Source: Nitrospinota bacterium (GTDB lineage: Bacteria > Nitrospinota > Nitrospinia > Nitrospinales > VA-1). From it: a stretch of 64,000 nt of DNA. A model generated the notes under the pieces. The model searched no databases and was not told the DNA's origin. It saw only the letters and a program-made list of their open reading frames with translations. Positions 9,068-18,595 of this stretch are shown piece after piece. The DNA lies in the NCBI GenBank assembly GCA_038108555.1, contig JAYNIA010000006.1, forward strand, positions 1 through 64,000, written 5' to 3'. Numbering within the stretch: position 1 is the first letter of the stretch; the number at the start of each line of letters is the position of its first letter. Made by a program: the position numbers and the translations under genes.

Positions 9068-10291
9068 GTGATAAAAAATTCTCTCTATATTTTTTCTGGA
9101 AGAGCTTCAAACGCTTTCTTCCATTTTCTGCTGGCCCTCGTGGTATCGCGTCAAATGGGTCCCGCCAATTTCGGTGTGTTTTCTTTTCTTACTACGGTTG
9201 TGGTTTCTGCTAATTGCTTTTCAAGTTTGGGACTGGATGTCTGGATGGTTCGCGAGATTACCAGAGCCCCTGAAAAAGCCAAGCACTGTCTTTCTTCCGT
9301 GCTGGGTCTGAAGGCGGCGACTTCTCTGGTTACCATCGCTCTTTTTTATCTTATATTTCAGGCGACCTCTTTGGCCGAATCCACTTTGCATCTATTGTGG
9401 ATATTATCAATTTCGCTGTTCTTCAATACGATTTCACAAACACTCTGGCATTATGGCGACTGTTTTAAAGAATTTGTCTATCATTCCGTTTTGTGGGCCG
9501 CTTCAAACATACTCAAATCGCTCATTGGCATTGCGATCGTTTTTTATAATCAGGATCTGCAATTATTAATAATAGGGATGGTAATTGCAGAAGCCCTTTC
9601 ATTGATTTTATCGTTCATCGTTATCGGGCGGCGTTTTGGCAATGTTGCTCCCCAATTTCAATTTTCGGTCTGGAAGGATTATTTATCCCGCTCAGCACCT
9701 ATAGGAATAGGAGTCATTTTCAGCGTTCTCTATTTCAGATTGGATGTTGTGATGCTGCAATTGATGACCGACGAAAAGGTTGTCGGTTTTTATAGTGCCG
9801 CCAATAAGCTGTTTGAAATAGTAATTGTTATGCCGCATAGTTTGATGATTGTTCTTTTCCCCGGCTGGGTTGAAGATTTTCACAACAACCCCAAGAAGTT
9901 CAAGGCAGATATCAAGAAAGCTTTTTTATTATTTTTTGGAATGGGTGGTAGTATCGGGCTGGTCTTTTTTGGTTTTTCAAATGAGATAATCAGTTTTATT
10001 TATGGAGATGAGTTCTTTTATTCTGGAAGGGTGCTAAACATTCTTGCTGTTGCTATCGCTCTTTCCTTTTTAATTTTCCTGCTGTCGAATATTCTCATCG
10101 TTTCAGGTCATGAAACTACCAATACCTGGAGCCTGGTTGGAGCAACGATCTTAAATATTGTGCTGAACCTGTTTTGGATTCCAGCTCATGGAGCCATAGG
10201 GGCGGCCTGGGCTACGGTGGCCTGCGAGGTGACGCTTATCGCGTTTCTTAGTTTTCAATTTAAAGAAAAATTAAAGCCGGACATTTTTTAA
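9068..10291 (+). CDS. wzx: Oligosaccharide flippase (Wzx/MOP family)
   Basis: About 12 hydrophobic segments; YFRLDVVML, VGFYSAA, LNIVLNLFWIPAHGAIGAAWAT. Confidence 0.85.
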   Translation: MIKNSLYIFSGRASNAFFHFLLALVVSRQMGPANFGVFSFLTTVVVSANCFSSLGLDVWMVREITRAPEKAKHCLSSVLGLKAATSLVTIALFYLIFQATSLAESTLHLLWILSISLFFNTISQTLWHYGDCFKEFVYHSVLWAASNILKSLIGIAIVFYNQDLQLLIIGMVIAEALSLILSFIVIGRRFGNVAPQFQFSVWKDYLSRSAPIGIGVIFSVLYFRLDVVMLQLMTDEKVVGFYSAANKLFEIVIVMPHSLMIVLFPGWVEDFHNNPKKFKADIKKAFLLFFGMGGSIGLVFFGFSNEIISFIYGDEFFYSGRVLNILAVAIALSFLIFLLSNILIVSGHETTNTWSLVGATILNIVLNLFWIPAHGAIGAAWATVACEVTLIAFLSFQFKEKLKPDIF

Positions 10292-10300
10292 AGCGGTGGT

Positions 10301-11731
10301 TTAGCAACGACCATACTTGTCTTCATAGCGGGAAATATCGTTTTCATCCAGAATTTCACCAAACTGGATTTCATAAATTACCAGCAAATCTTTTTCCAGG
10401 TTTGCCAGTCTGTGTTTAGACTGGGTCGGGATGACTATGGAATCATTTATTTTTAACTGGAAGGTTTTATCATCGAGATCTACCTTTGCAGTTCCTGCTG
10501 CCACCGTCCAATGTTCACTACGATGCTGGTGTGATTGCAAGCTGAGTGTCTCCCCCGGAAATACCTCAATGCGTTTTAGTAAAAAATTGGGACCCGTATC
10601 CAAAACGGTATAGGTGCCCCAGGGTTTTTTAACGATGGCGGGGACTTTTCCTTCGGGGCGATCCTTCTCATTTAAAGACTCCACCAGTTTCTTTACATCC
10701 TGCGCCCGGTCTTTAGCGCAGACCAGCAGTGCATCTTGTGTGTCGACAACAATAGTATCCTTGAGGCCCAGGGTTGCAATGAGACGATCTTCTCCGTGGA
10801 TGATGGAATTGCTGCAATCTTGCGTAAGAGCATTACCCATAACTACATTTCCCCGGTTGTCTTTTTCGCAAACTTCATCCAACGCGTTCCAGGCTCCCAC
10901 ATCGTTCCAGCCAATATCTGAAGAAACCATGACCACGTTGGAGGATTTTTCCATGACGGCATAATCTATAGAAATGCTTTCGAGGGTGGAAAAAAGTTCG
11001 CAACCTTTTTTGTTGAGTTGTCGATGGCTCAGTTTTCCAGGTGAGCTTTCCAGGCAGTCTTTCAAGGTCTGCAATTGGGAATGAATGTTTGGAGCATGCT
11101 CTTTCAGTTCATTTAATATCACAGAAGCTTTCCAGGCAAAGATTCCGCAATTCCAAAAATAGGAGCCTTGCTCCATAAATTTCTTTGCGGTAGGGAGGTC
11201 GGGTTTTTCTTCAAACCGGTCCACCTTGTAAATATCTTCAAAGCCTTCCACCCCTGTTCCTTGTTTTAAATATCCAAAACCGGTTTCAGGGCGAGTGGGG
11301 GGGATTCCAAGAGTTACAAGATATCCTTTTTGCGCCAGAGCTTCTGCCTTGCGAAGGACGTTTATAAAACTTTCGGGTTTCGTAACTACATGGTCGGCGG
11401 GAAAGATGGACATAACAGCATCTTTATCTTTTTCCTGCAAAACGGCAGCCATCAGACCAATGGCCAATGCTGTATTTTTACTGCAGGGCTCGGCTATTAA
11501 ATGGTCTGAGGAAAAGTCCAGTGTGTCTAATTGACGAAGGGTTTCATTGGCCTGGAGGTGATGGGTGCCAACGTAAATATTTTCGATAGAGATTAAGGGT
11601 AAGAGTCTTTCAACCGTGTTTTGGATCATGGTGCCGGTGCCAATCAGTTTTTGCAATTGTTTGGGGCTTTGTTCGCGGCTGACCGGCCAAAATCGGGTAC
11701 CGCTTCCACCCGCTAAAATTACACCGTACAT
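10301..11731 (-). CDS. manC: Mannose-1-phosphate guanylyltransferase / mannose-6-phosphate isomerase
   Basis: [15 protein letters not shown]...PKQ, PADH, PETGFGY, WNCGIF, SIDYAVME, GWNDVGAW; C-terminal cupin KPWG...LSLQSHQHRSEHW. Confidence 0.92.
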   Translation of the reverse strand: MYGVILAGGSGTRFWPVSREQSPKQLQKLIGTGTMIQNTVERLLPLISIENIYVGTHHLQANETLRQLDTLDFSSDHLIAEPCSKNTALAIGLMAAVLQEKDKDAVMSIFPADHVVTKPESFINVLRKAEALAQKGYLVTLGIPPTRPETGFGYLKQGTGVEGFEDIYKVDRFEEKPDLPTAKKFMEQGSYFWNCGIFAWKASVILNELKEHAPNIHSQLQTLKDCLESSPGKLSHRQLNKKGCELFSTLESISIDYAVMEKSSNVVMVSSDIGWNDVGAWNALDEVCEKDNRGNVVMGNALTQDCSNSIIHGEDRLIATLGLKDTIVVDTQDALLVCAKDRAQDVKKLVESLNEKDRPEGKVPAIVKKPWGTYTVLDTGPNFLLKRIEVFPGETLSLQSHQHRSEHWTVAAGTAKVDLDDKTFQLKINDSIVIPTQSKHRLANLEKDLLVIYEIQFGEILDENDISRYEDKYGRC

Positions 11732-11902
11732 AATTTCTATATGATCTCGCTATTTAAAGTTTGGAATGAGTTTGACGAAATTGAGTGTTGAATAGGGAGA
11801 TGATGGAACTCTTACCTAGAGGAAAAATTATATATCATATAAAAAAAGTGGACAACGATTAAAATACTTTTCCTGGGCAGTGGGTAAGATTAAAAATTTC
11901 TT

Positions 11903-13108
11903 TCATAATCCTGACAGGTCTGAAATTTTATCGCAGATAAAATCAGCGAAAGGAAGAGAACAGGTAAAGGCTGGTGAAACCGCGTTCAATATATGTAGTG
12001 AATGGGCATCACCTTCTGTCACAAAATCCATCTCGAGTTTTCTATTACGGATGTTCAAAAGTTGCGCACGTATTCCAGGCACGCCCCAATGATTGAAAGA
12101 TTTTTGCTCAATTCCCTTTACAAGTAAGGAAGCCAGGGAAACCAGTTTTTTTCGGGAATATTTTTGCAACTCTTCAATGGCAAGGGATTTAAAATCAAAA
12201 TCAGAGGACCAAAATAGCCCAGCCTGTAAAAACATAATTTCAAAAAGTTCATCCAATTTGAAATTGGAAACTCCTTTGTATTGTTCGCGCCAAAATGCAG
12301 GAATAGCGGTGGGGCCTATTTTAACTTTTTTATCCGCTGTTACGGTAAAGTGGACTCCCAGGAAAGGATTCCTCAAATCTGGTACCGGATAAATATTTGT
12401 TCGAAGTGAACCCATCGGTTCATCAGAATATATATAGAGACCCTTAAAAGGAAGAATTCTATAGTCTTTAGAAAAACCGAAATCCTGTGCTATTTTGTCG
12501 GCGTAAAGACCTGCAGAATTTACCATAAAAGAAAATTCAATTTTCCCGGAGGATGTTTGAATTGTCTTTTCGTTTATTTTTTTCAGGTATCGAACTTTTG
12601 GAATCAGTGATATTCCTTCTTTCAACGCATCTTCTCGCATCGATTGAATCACTAAGCTGGGGTTCACCGATGAAGTCGTTGGTGAGAAAAGAGCTCGTTT
12701 AAAAGTTTTTACTCTTGGTTCAATGACTTTTGCTTCTTTTTCGGTTATTGATTCGATAGGAACTCCATTGGCTTGAGCACGTGCCATTAATTCATCAAGC
12801 TGGACAAGTTCGGATTCATTTTTGGCAACGACAAGCTTTCCACACTTATTTACCGGGATGCTCCTGGATTCACAATATTGTGTTAAGCGTTGGTTTCCCT
12901 TTTGAGTAAACTTTGCCTTGAAACTATCTGCGGTGTAATAAAATCCTGCATGCAGAACCCCGCTGTTCCGACCACTTGCATGGAGGCCGAACCCATCTTC
13001 CTTTTCTATTATTAAGATTCGGCTATTTGGATGTCTTTTTTTAAGTTCGCGAGCAATGCAGAAACCAATGATTCCACCACCGATAACCAAAAAATCACAT
13101 TTGTCCAT
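11903..13108 (-). CDS. lhgO: L-2-hydroxyglutarate oxidase family FAD oxidoreductase
   Basis: IGGGIIG, HASGRNSGVLHAGFYY, IYPVPD..PFLGVHFT, GIRAQ, HILNAVSPAFT; start moved to ATG 13108. Confidence 0.85.
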   Translation of the reverse strand: MDKCDFLVIGGGIIGFCIARELKKRHPNSRILIIEKEDGFGLHASGRNSGVLHAGFYYTADSFKAKFTQKGNQRLTQYCESRSIPVNKCGKLVVAKNESELVQLDELMARAQANGVPIESITEKEAKVIEPRVKTFKRALFSPTTSSVNPSLVIQSMREDALKEGISLIPKVRYLKKINEKTIQTSSGKIEFSFMVNSAGLYADKIAQDFGFSKDYRILPFKGLYIYSDEPMGSLRTNIYPVPDLRNPFLGVHFTVTADKKVKIGPTAIPAFWREQYKGVSNFKLDELFEIMFLQAGLFWSSDFDFKSLAIEELQKYSRKKLVSLASLLVKGIEQKSFNHWGVPGIRAQLLNIRNRKLEMDFVTEGDAHSLHILNAVSPAFTCSLPFADFICDKISDLSGL

Positions 13109-13344
13109 TGTTGGATCCGGAAAAAGTTGATATTGCCTGTTAAAGCATATTTTTATTTGATTCAATAATCAAGTTTCATCAGGCCGTTACTATGTCAGGA
13201 AGTTAATTTTCAGGGCCTTGAATTTTATAAAGGATTTGTACATTAAACTTCGGCCTTCATTTATTTTGACTCCTGTTTTTTGCTTCAAATGCAGGTATCC
13301 GTTTGGTAATATGCAGCCCTAATTGTCACCCAATTTTGAGGCCT

Positions 13345-14214
13345 GTGTTGCGTAAAAAAATTATCGAGCTTATCAATACCAAGCCGGACCTTCCTCCCCT
13401 CCCGGAAATTCTTTTAGGATTCCAGAAATTAATGAACGACCCTGATTGTGAAGTGCAGGATGTTTACCATCTTCTAAAGACAGATCCGGTATTTTCGGGA
13501 TGAATAATCACTCTGGCAAACAGTGCGCTGTTTGGTTCGGGCAAGGATGTGACTCGAAACCTTGAAGATGCAGTTGTTCGTTTGGGGATGCAACAGGTTA
13601 TGGATCTTGTTTACGCATTGGAATTGCCCCGCACATTTAGAAAAAGTAAAGCCTTTGATCAGGTGGAGTTTTGGAAACATTCGTTGGCAGTGGCTTTTAT
13701 ATCCAGATCATTGGCCAAAAAGGTTCTATCCGATTTCGAGGACTGGGAGGCAGCTTTCCTGTGCGGGCTAATGCATGATGTGGGAATACTTGTGTTGGAC
13801 AATGTTATACCCGAAGAATATTATAAATTTCTTACCTTAAAGGATTTAAGTTCATCTGACCAACCCCTTGAGGCTTTGGAAAAAGATCATTTTAAAATTG
13901 ATCACAGCGAAGCGGGTGCAGCGTTTATGAAAAAATGGTGGGCGATTTCCGAAAAAGTGGTAACGGCAGCGGCAGCCCATCATGATCCCAGGCCTTCAAA
14001 AGATAAAGAAATGGATCTTGATCAATTGGTTGCCACGGCGAATCGAATAGCAAATCATCATGGAATAACCCACCCAGTCATGACCGCTTTTGAAGATCCC
14101 CCCGAAGAAGGTTACCTGGATAATCTAAAAATTACTCAGGAAGATCTGGATATTGTAATCGATACGACCAAAATGGGGTTGTTAGCAGCAGAAACAGTAT
14201 TTAGAGGAAACTAG
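13345..14214 (+). pseudogene. HDOD-domain protein interrupted by an in-frame TGA at 13501-13503
   Basis: ORFs 13303-13503 and 13549-14214 are in the same frame. Read-through gives LPPLPE...KTDPVFSG*IITLANSALFG...AVVRLG...FWKHSLAVA...GLMHDVG...DHSEAG, a complete HDOD pattern. Confidence 0.8.
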
Positions 14215-14243
14215 GCTGTTTGATTCGAGAACCTCAACTGGGA

Positions 14244-14441
14244 ATGAAACGGAGAATTTCAGGGTTCCATCAGGACGAAGAATCTTTCTGGGTGGCCAGG
14301 CTGGAATGCGGCCACAACCAGCATGTCAGACACAATCCCCCGCTGATTTCCCGTCCCTGGGTAAATAGTGAGGCAGGAAGGCAGGAACATATAGGCACCT
14401 ATCTTAATTGTAAATTTTGTGAAACCGAATCGCGGTCCTGA
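14244..14441 (+). CDS. DUF3565-like small Cys/His protein
   Basis: GFHQDEE..WVARLECGHNQHVRHNPP...RPWV...LNCKFC. Confidence 0.75.
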   Translation: MKRRISGFHQDEESFWVARLECGHNQHVRHNPPLISRPWVNSEAGRQEHIGTYLNCKFCETESRS

Positions 14442-14443
14442 GT

Positions 14444-15118
14444 TTATTCGGGGCTGAGGCTTCCATTATCCCATTTTCCGGAATAAACATTTCCATTGGC
14501 AAGAACATAAACGCCATGACCGTGTGGTAAATCGTTCATAAACTCGCCGCGGTAACTGTCCCCATTGGCGTAGAAATAAACCCCCTGTCCATGCAGCATA
14601 TCATCTAAGAAGGTTCCTTCATATTTATCACCATTGTCGTAAACCAGTTTTCCCAGTCCATTGGGTTTGCCGTTTTTGAACTCTCCGGTATAAACATAGC
14701 CTTGAGTGCAGGTAAAGATACCTCGCCCATGCATTTGTTCATTAAGCATTTGGCCTGCATATTTATCTCCATTAGGCCAGGTAAAAGTGATAAACCCGGG
14801 AACTTTTTCTTTTTCAGGGGTTGGACTGTCTTTCGGCTGGGTTTTATTTCTTTCCTGGCGGGCTTTTGTGAATGGAGTTGATTTTTCTTTCCATTCTGAA
14901 GAACGGGTGAATTTTCTCTTTAAATGGGCTTCCGTCAGCTTTTTATACGCAACTGTGATTTCCTGAAACTTGTCATGTGCTTTTTTCTGTAACCGCTCGG
15001 ATTCAATGGGAAATCGGTCGGGATGCCAGAGTTTGACTTGTTTTTTATAAGCCTTTTTTATTTCATCCAGCGATGCGCCGGGTTTTAGCTTAAGAACAAG
15101 AAAATATTTTTCTATCAT
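14444..15118 (-). CDS. J-domain (DnaJ) protein with C-terminal MORN repeats
   Basis: EIKKAYKK..KLWHPDR J-domain with HPD; repeated NGDKYxGxF...HGxG MORN units. Confidence 0.85.
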   Translation of the reverse strand: MIEKYFLVLKLKPGASLDEIKKAYKKQVKLWHPDRFPIESERLQKKAHDKFQEITVAYKKLTEAHLKRKFTRSSEWKEKSTPFTKARQERNKTQPKDSPTPEKEKVPGFITFTWPNGDKYAGQMLNEQMHGRGIFTCTQGYVYTGEFKNGKPNGLGKLVYDNGDKYEGTFLDDMLHGQGVYFYANGDSYRGEFMNDLPHGHGVYVLANGNVYSGKWDNGSLSPE

Positions 15119-15175
15119 GATGAGTCAGAAAAAATGGGATTTTGTTTTTATAATTTTTGAAATGAATTCAAACCA

Positions 15176-15475
15176 TTAATGGATGAACCATTCATCTGTT
15201 CCTTCGTGTCCTTCATGATGTTTTTTGTCCATTTCCCACGCGTGCAGGACATAATCAATGCTAAAGGATTCCTGAGTTACAGGATTTCTTAAGTCAAAAT
15301 AACGATAACCCCGGTAGTCAGGATAAAAATTCTCAATGCTCAAAGGTTTGCAGGTCATGCCTTTGGCCACGGCTTCCTTTTTTAATTTTTCCCAGTGATC
15401 AGAATCAGGAGTCTCCACAACTATTCCAGAACCTTCTTTTTGCAAAAACATTAAATATCTATTGCCATCGCTCAT
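15176..15475 (-). CDS. Hypothetical protein (99 aa)
   Basis: ATG-started ORF that fills the gap between co-oriented genes; no family recognised. Confidence 0.55.
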   Translation of the reverse strand: MSDGNRYLMFLQKEGSGIVVETPDSDHWEKLKKEAVAKGMTCKPLSIENFYPDYRGYRYFDLRNPVTQESFSIDYVLHAWEMDKKHHEGHEGTDEWFIH

Positions 15476-15578
15476 AATTGTCTCAATACTACTAATTCCT
15501 ATTGCCTTTTAATGCCATTCAGTATTTTAGAATGATATTTTCTTTGTAAAACCTATTCAAGGTTAAAAATAATTTGAT

Positions 15579-16454
15579 CTATTTGGAATTGATGCAATCC
15601 TTTAGGGCTGCTTCCCAGGAAGGCATTTCAACGGAAAAAACCTTTTTAACTTTTTCGTTGCTCAGTCGGGAATAGGAAGGCCGGGTCGCGGGAGTGGGGT
15701 ATTCGGAAGTAGGTATCGGGATCAACTGAATGTTTTTCGTTGTTTCTGATGAATTAAAAATTTGTCTTGCGAATCCATACCAACTGGTTTCCCCCTGACA
15801 GGTCAAATGATATATTCCAGACAGTTCAGAATTTTTGGATTCCAGCCAGTTTTCCTTTAAACATTGTTGAATTATTTTTTTAGTTTGTTGGGCTACGGAA
15901 CGGGACCATGTGGGAGCTCCTATCTGGTCGTCAACGATTCGAAGTGTATCTCTTTCCGCCAGCCTTAGCATGGATAGTAAAAAATTTTTCCCCTGAAGGC
16001 TGTAAATCCAACTGGTTCTTAAAATTAAAAAAGGAATACCGGCTTCAGTAATGGCTTTTTCCCCCGCCAGTTTTGTTTTTCCATAAACGCTTAAGGGATT
16101 GGTAGGGTCTTCTTCCCTGTACGGAGTTTTGGAATGCCCATCAAAGACATAGTCTGTGGAGTAATGGATCAATCCCGCGCCAACTTTTTTTGCTGCGTTT
16201 GCCATCAGCCCTGGGGTCTTTCCATTAATCATCATCGCCAGGTCAGGTTCCTCTTCTGCTTTATCAACTGCAGTGTAGGCCGCAGTGTTGATAATCAGAT
16301 TGGGTTTTATTTCAAGGATTTTGGATTCAATTGATTCGGGATTGGAAAGGTCCAGTTCATTGCGGTCTACCGTGACAAGAGTTCCTAAATCGCTAACAAG
16401 ATTTTTTAATTCCCCGCCAATCTGTCCGGTTTTTCCTGTGAGAAGAATTTTCAT
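15579..16454 (-). CDS. rfbD: dTDP-4-dehydrorhamnose reductase
   Basis: TGKTGQIG, AAYTAVDKAE, YSTDYVFDG, YGKTKLAGE, DQIGAPT, RPSYSRL. Confidence 0.93.
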   Translation of the reverse strand: MKILLTGKTGQIGGELKNLVSDLGTLVTVDRNELDLSNPESIESKILEIKPNLIINTAAYTAVDKAEEEPDLAMMINGKTPGLMANAAKKVGAGLIHYSTDYVFDGHSKTPYREEDPTNPLSVYGKTKLAGEKAITEAGIPFLILRTSWIYSLQGKNFLLSMLRLAERDTLRIVDDQIGAPTWSRSVAQQTKKIIQQCLKENWLESKNSELSGIYHLTCQGETSWYGFARQIFNSSETTKNIQLIPIPTSEYPTPATRPSYSRLSNEKVKKVFSVEMPSWEAALKDCINSK

Positions 16455-16501
16455 AAAGAAGGGTGGAATTCGGCTTTGCTGTTTGGGGTGAAAATTTTTG
16501 A

Positions 16502-17377
16502 TTACGACTTCGAAATCATTCGAGTTAAATATTGACCGTACTCGTTTTTCTTCAGGGTGTGGGCGAGTTTGGCAACATCATCTGTGGAAATCCATCCTTT
16601 GCTGAAGGCGATTTCTTCAGGACAACAAACCATAAGTCCCTGACGTTTTTGTATGGTTTCAATAAAGTTGGATGCATCCAGCAATGAGTTGTGTGACCCG
16701 GTATCCAACCAGGCAAAGCCTCGACTCATTCTTTCAACGGACAATTGGCTTTGCTGCAAATAGACACGATTTACATCGGTGATCTCCAGTTCACCTCGGG
16801 CTGAGGGTTTGATAGAGCCGGCGATATCAACCACCTGGTTGTCGTAAAAATATAAACCTGTAATTGCGTAATGTGATTTGGGTTGGGTGGGTTTTTCTTC
16901 GACGCCTATCACCCTGCCGTTATCATCAAATTCAGCAACACCGTAGTTTTCAGGATCTTTTACCCAATAACCAAAAACGGTCGCTCCTTTTTCCCGCTTT
17001 TGAGCCGTTTCCATTAAGTCAGGAAGTTCTGTTCCATAAAAAACATTATCCCCTAGAATAAGACTGCAGCTTTCATTCCCGATAAAATCTTTGCCAATGA
17101 GGAAGGCTTGCGCTAATCCATCGGGACTGGGTTGAATGCCATAGGAAATATTGACTCCCCATTGTTTCCCATCTTTAAGTAACTCTTGAAACAAGGGTTG
17201 GTCTTGAGGAGTTGTGATAACAAAAATATCACGAATGCCCGCCAGCAATAGGGTGCTAAGAGGGTAGTAAATCATGGGCTTGTCATAAAGCGGCATCAAT
17301 TGTTTACTGACCACCTGGGTCAGAGGATAAAGTCGGGTTCCTGAACCTCCCGCCAGTATAATTCCTTTATTGATCAT
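16502..17377 (-). CDS. rfbA: Glucose-1-phosphate thymidylyltransferase
   Basis: [43 protein letters not shown]. Confidence 0.95.
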   Translation of the reverse strand: MINKGIILAGGSGTRLYPLTQVVSKQLMPLYDKPMIYYPLSTLLLAGIRDIFVITTPQDQPLFQELLKDGKQWGVNISYGIQPSPDGLAQAFLIGKDFIGNESCSLILGDNVFYGTELPDLMETAQKREKGATVFGYWVKDPENYGVAEFDDNGRVIGVEEKPTQPKSHYAITGLYFYDNQVVDIAGSIKPSARGELEITDVNRVYLQQSQLSVERMSRGFAWLDTGSHNSLLDASNFIETIQKRQGLMVCCPEEIAFSKGWISTDDVAKLAHTLKKNEYGQYLTRMISKS

Positions 17378-17389
17378 ATTGAGTGTTCC

Positions 17390-18451
17390 CTAAATTTTTT
17401 CAAGTCCGAGTCGTTCGCCCCTATAGGCTCCGGACATGACCCGGCTAACCCAGTCCTCATTTTCCAGATACCATTGCACCGTTTTACGGATTCCTGTTTC
17501 AAATGATTCCTGCGGTTTCCAGCCCAACTGGTTTTGGATTTTGCTTGCATCAATGGCATAGCGCCTGTCATGACCCGGTCGGTCGGTTACATATTTGACC
17601 AGGCTGTTGTGGGGAAGATGTTTGGAATCGGGGACCAATTCATCCAGAATTTTGCAAAGAGTCTGGACAACTTCTAAGTTGGTTTTTTCATTATGTCCTC
17701 CAATATTATAAACCTCTCCTGCTTTTCCATTTTCCAGGACCTGCAAAATGGCTTTGCAATGGTCTTCAACGAACAACCAGTCGCGCACCTGTTTGCCGTC
17801 TCCATATACAGGAAGAGGATCGCCTTTAAGCGCATTGTGAATCATTAAAGGAATTAATTTTTCAGGAAACTGGTACGGTCCATAATTATTTGAACAATTC
17901 GTGGTCAGCACAGGCAAACCAAAAGTTTTAAAATAGGATCGTACCAAATGGTCGGAGGAAGCTTTAGAGGCCGCATAGGGTGAATTTGGGGCATAGGGAG
18001 TTTCTTCCGTGAACAGTCCGGTTTCTCCCAGTGAACCATAAACTTCATCAGTGGATACATGGAGGAAACGAAATTTTTCCTTTTGGTCAGGATTTTTTGA
18101 AGCCAAATATTTTTTTGCGGTTTCCAGTAATTCAAACGTTCCGATTACATTGGTCTGGATAAAATCTCCTGGAGCGTCTATAGATCGGTCCACATGTGAT
18201 TCCGCCGCAAAATGAACAACGCAATCGATTTCATTGGATTCAAAAATTTGGTTGAGATTGTCCCGGTCGCAAGTGTCTCCCTGTATAAACGTGTAATTGG
18301 GATCATTTTCGACAGACACCAATGTGTCTAAATTCCCTGCATAGGTGAGTTTGTCGTAGTTTATGACCTTGGCCTGGCCCGACTTCATCAGGTTTAAAAT
18401 AAAATTGCCCCCTATGAAACCGGCACCGCCTGTAATAAAAAAATTTTTCAT
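17390..18451 (-). CDS. rfbB: dTDP-glucose 4,6-dehydratase
   Basis: TGGAGFIG, DKLTYAGN, AAESHVDRSI, STDEVYG, CSNNYGPYQFPEKLIP, DRPGHDRRYA; start trimmed to MKNFF. Confidence 0.95.
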   Translation of the reverse strand: MKNFFITGGAGFIGGNFILNLMKSGQAKVINYDKLTYAGNLDTLVSVENDPNYTFIQGDTCDRDNLNQIFESNEIDCVVHFAAESHVDRSIDAPGDFIQTNVIGTFELLETAKKYLASKNPDQKEKFRFLHVSTDEVYGSLGETGLFTEETPYAPNSPYAASKASSDHLVRSYFKTFGLPVLTTNCSNNYGPYQFPEKLIPLMIHNALKGDPLPVYGDGKQVRDWLFVEDHCKAILQVLENGKAGEVYNIGGHNEKTNLEVVQTLCKILDELVPDSKHLPHNSLVKYVTDRPGHDRRYAIDASKIQNQLGWKPQESFETGIRKTVQWYLENEDWVSRVMSGAYRGERLGLEKI

Positions 18452-18595
18452 TTCTGTAAAGTTCGGTGTTAAAACAAGAAGTGCAGGGAATGCCATCTTT
18501 TCGGAAGTATAAGCGTTTGAATCTGTATTTTCAAGATAATGCACCTCCCCTGTTTTACCGATATATCGACATAATTCATCTCAATCTCAAATTAA

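Noticed and set aside
13501..13530. Selenocysteine recoding of the HDOD TGA
   Set aside because: The aligned position is normally Arg or Lys, not Cys. Only a weak short hairpin follows, and no sel genes are in the window.
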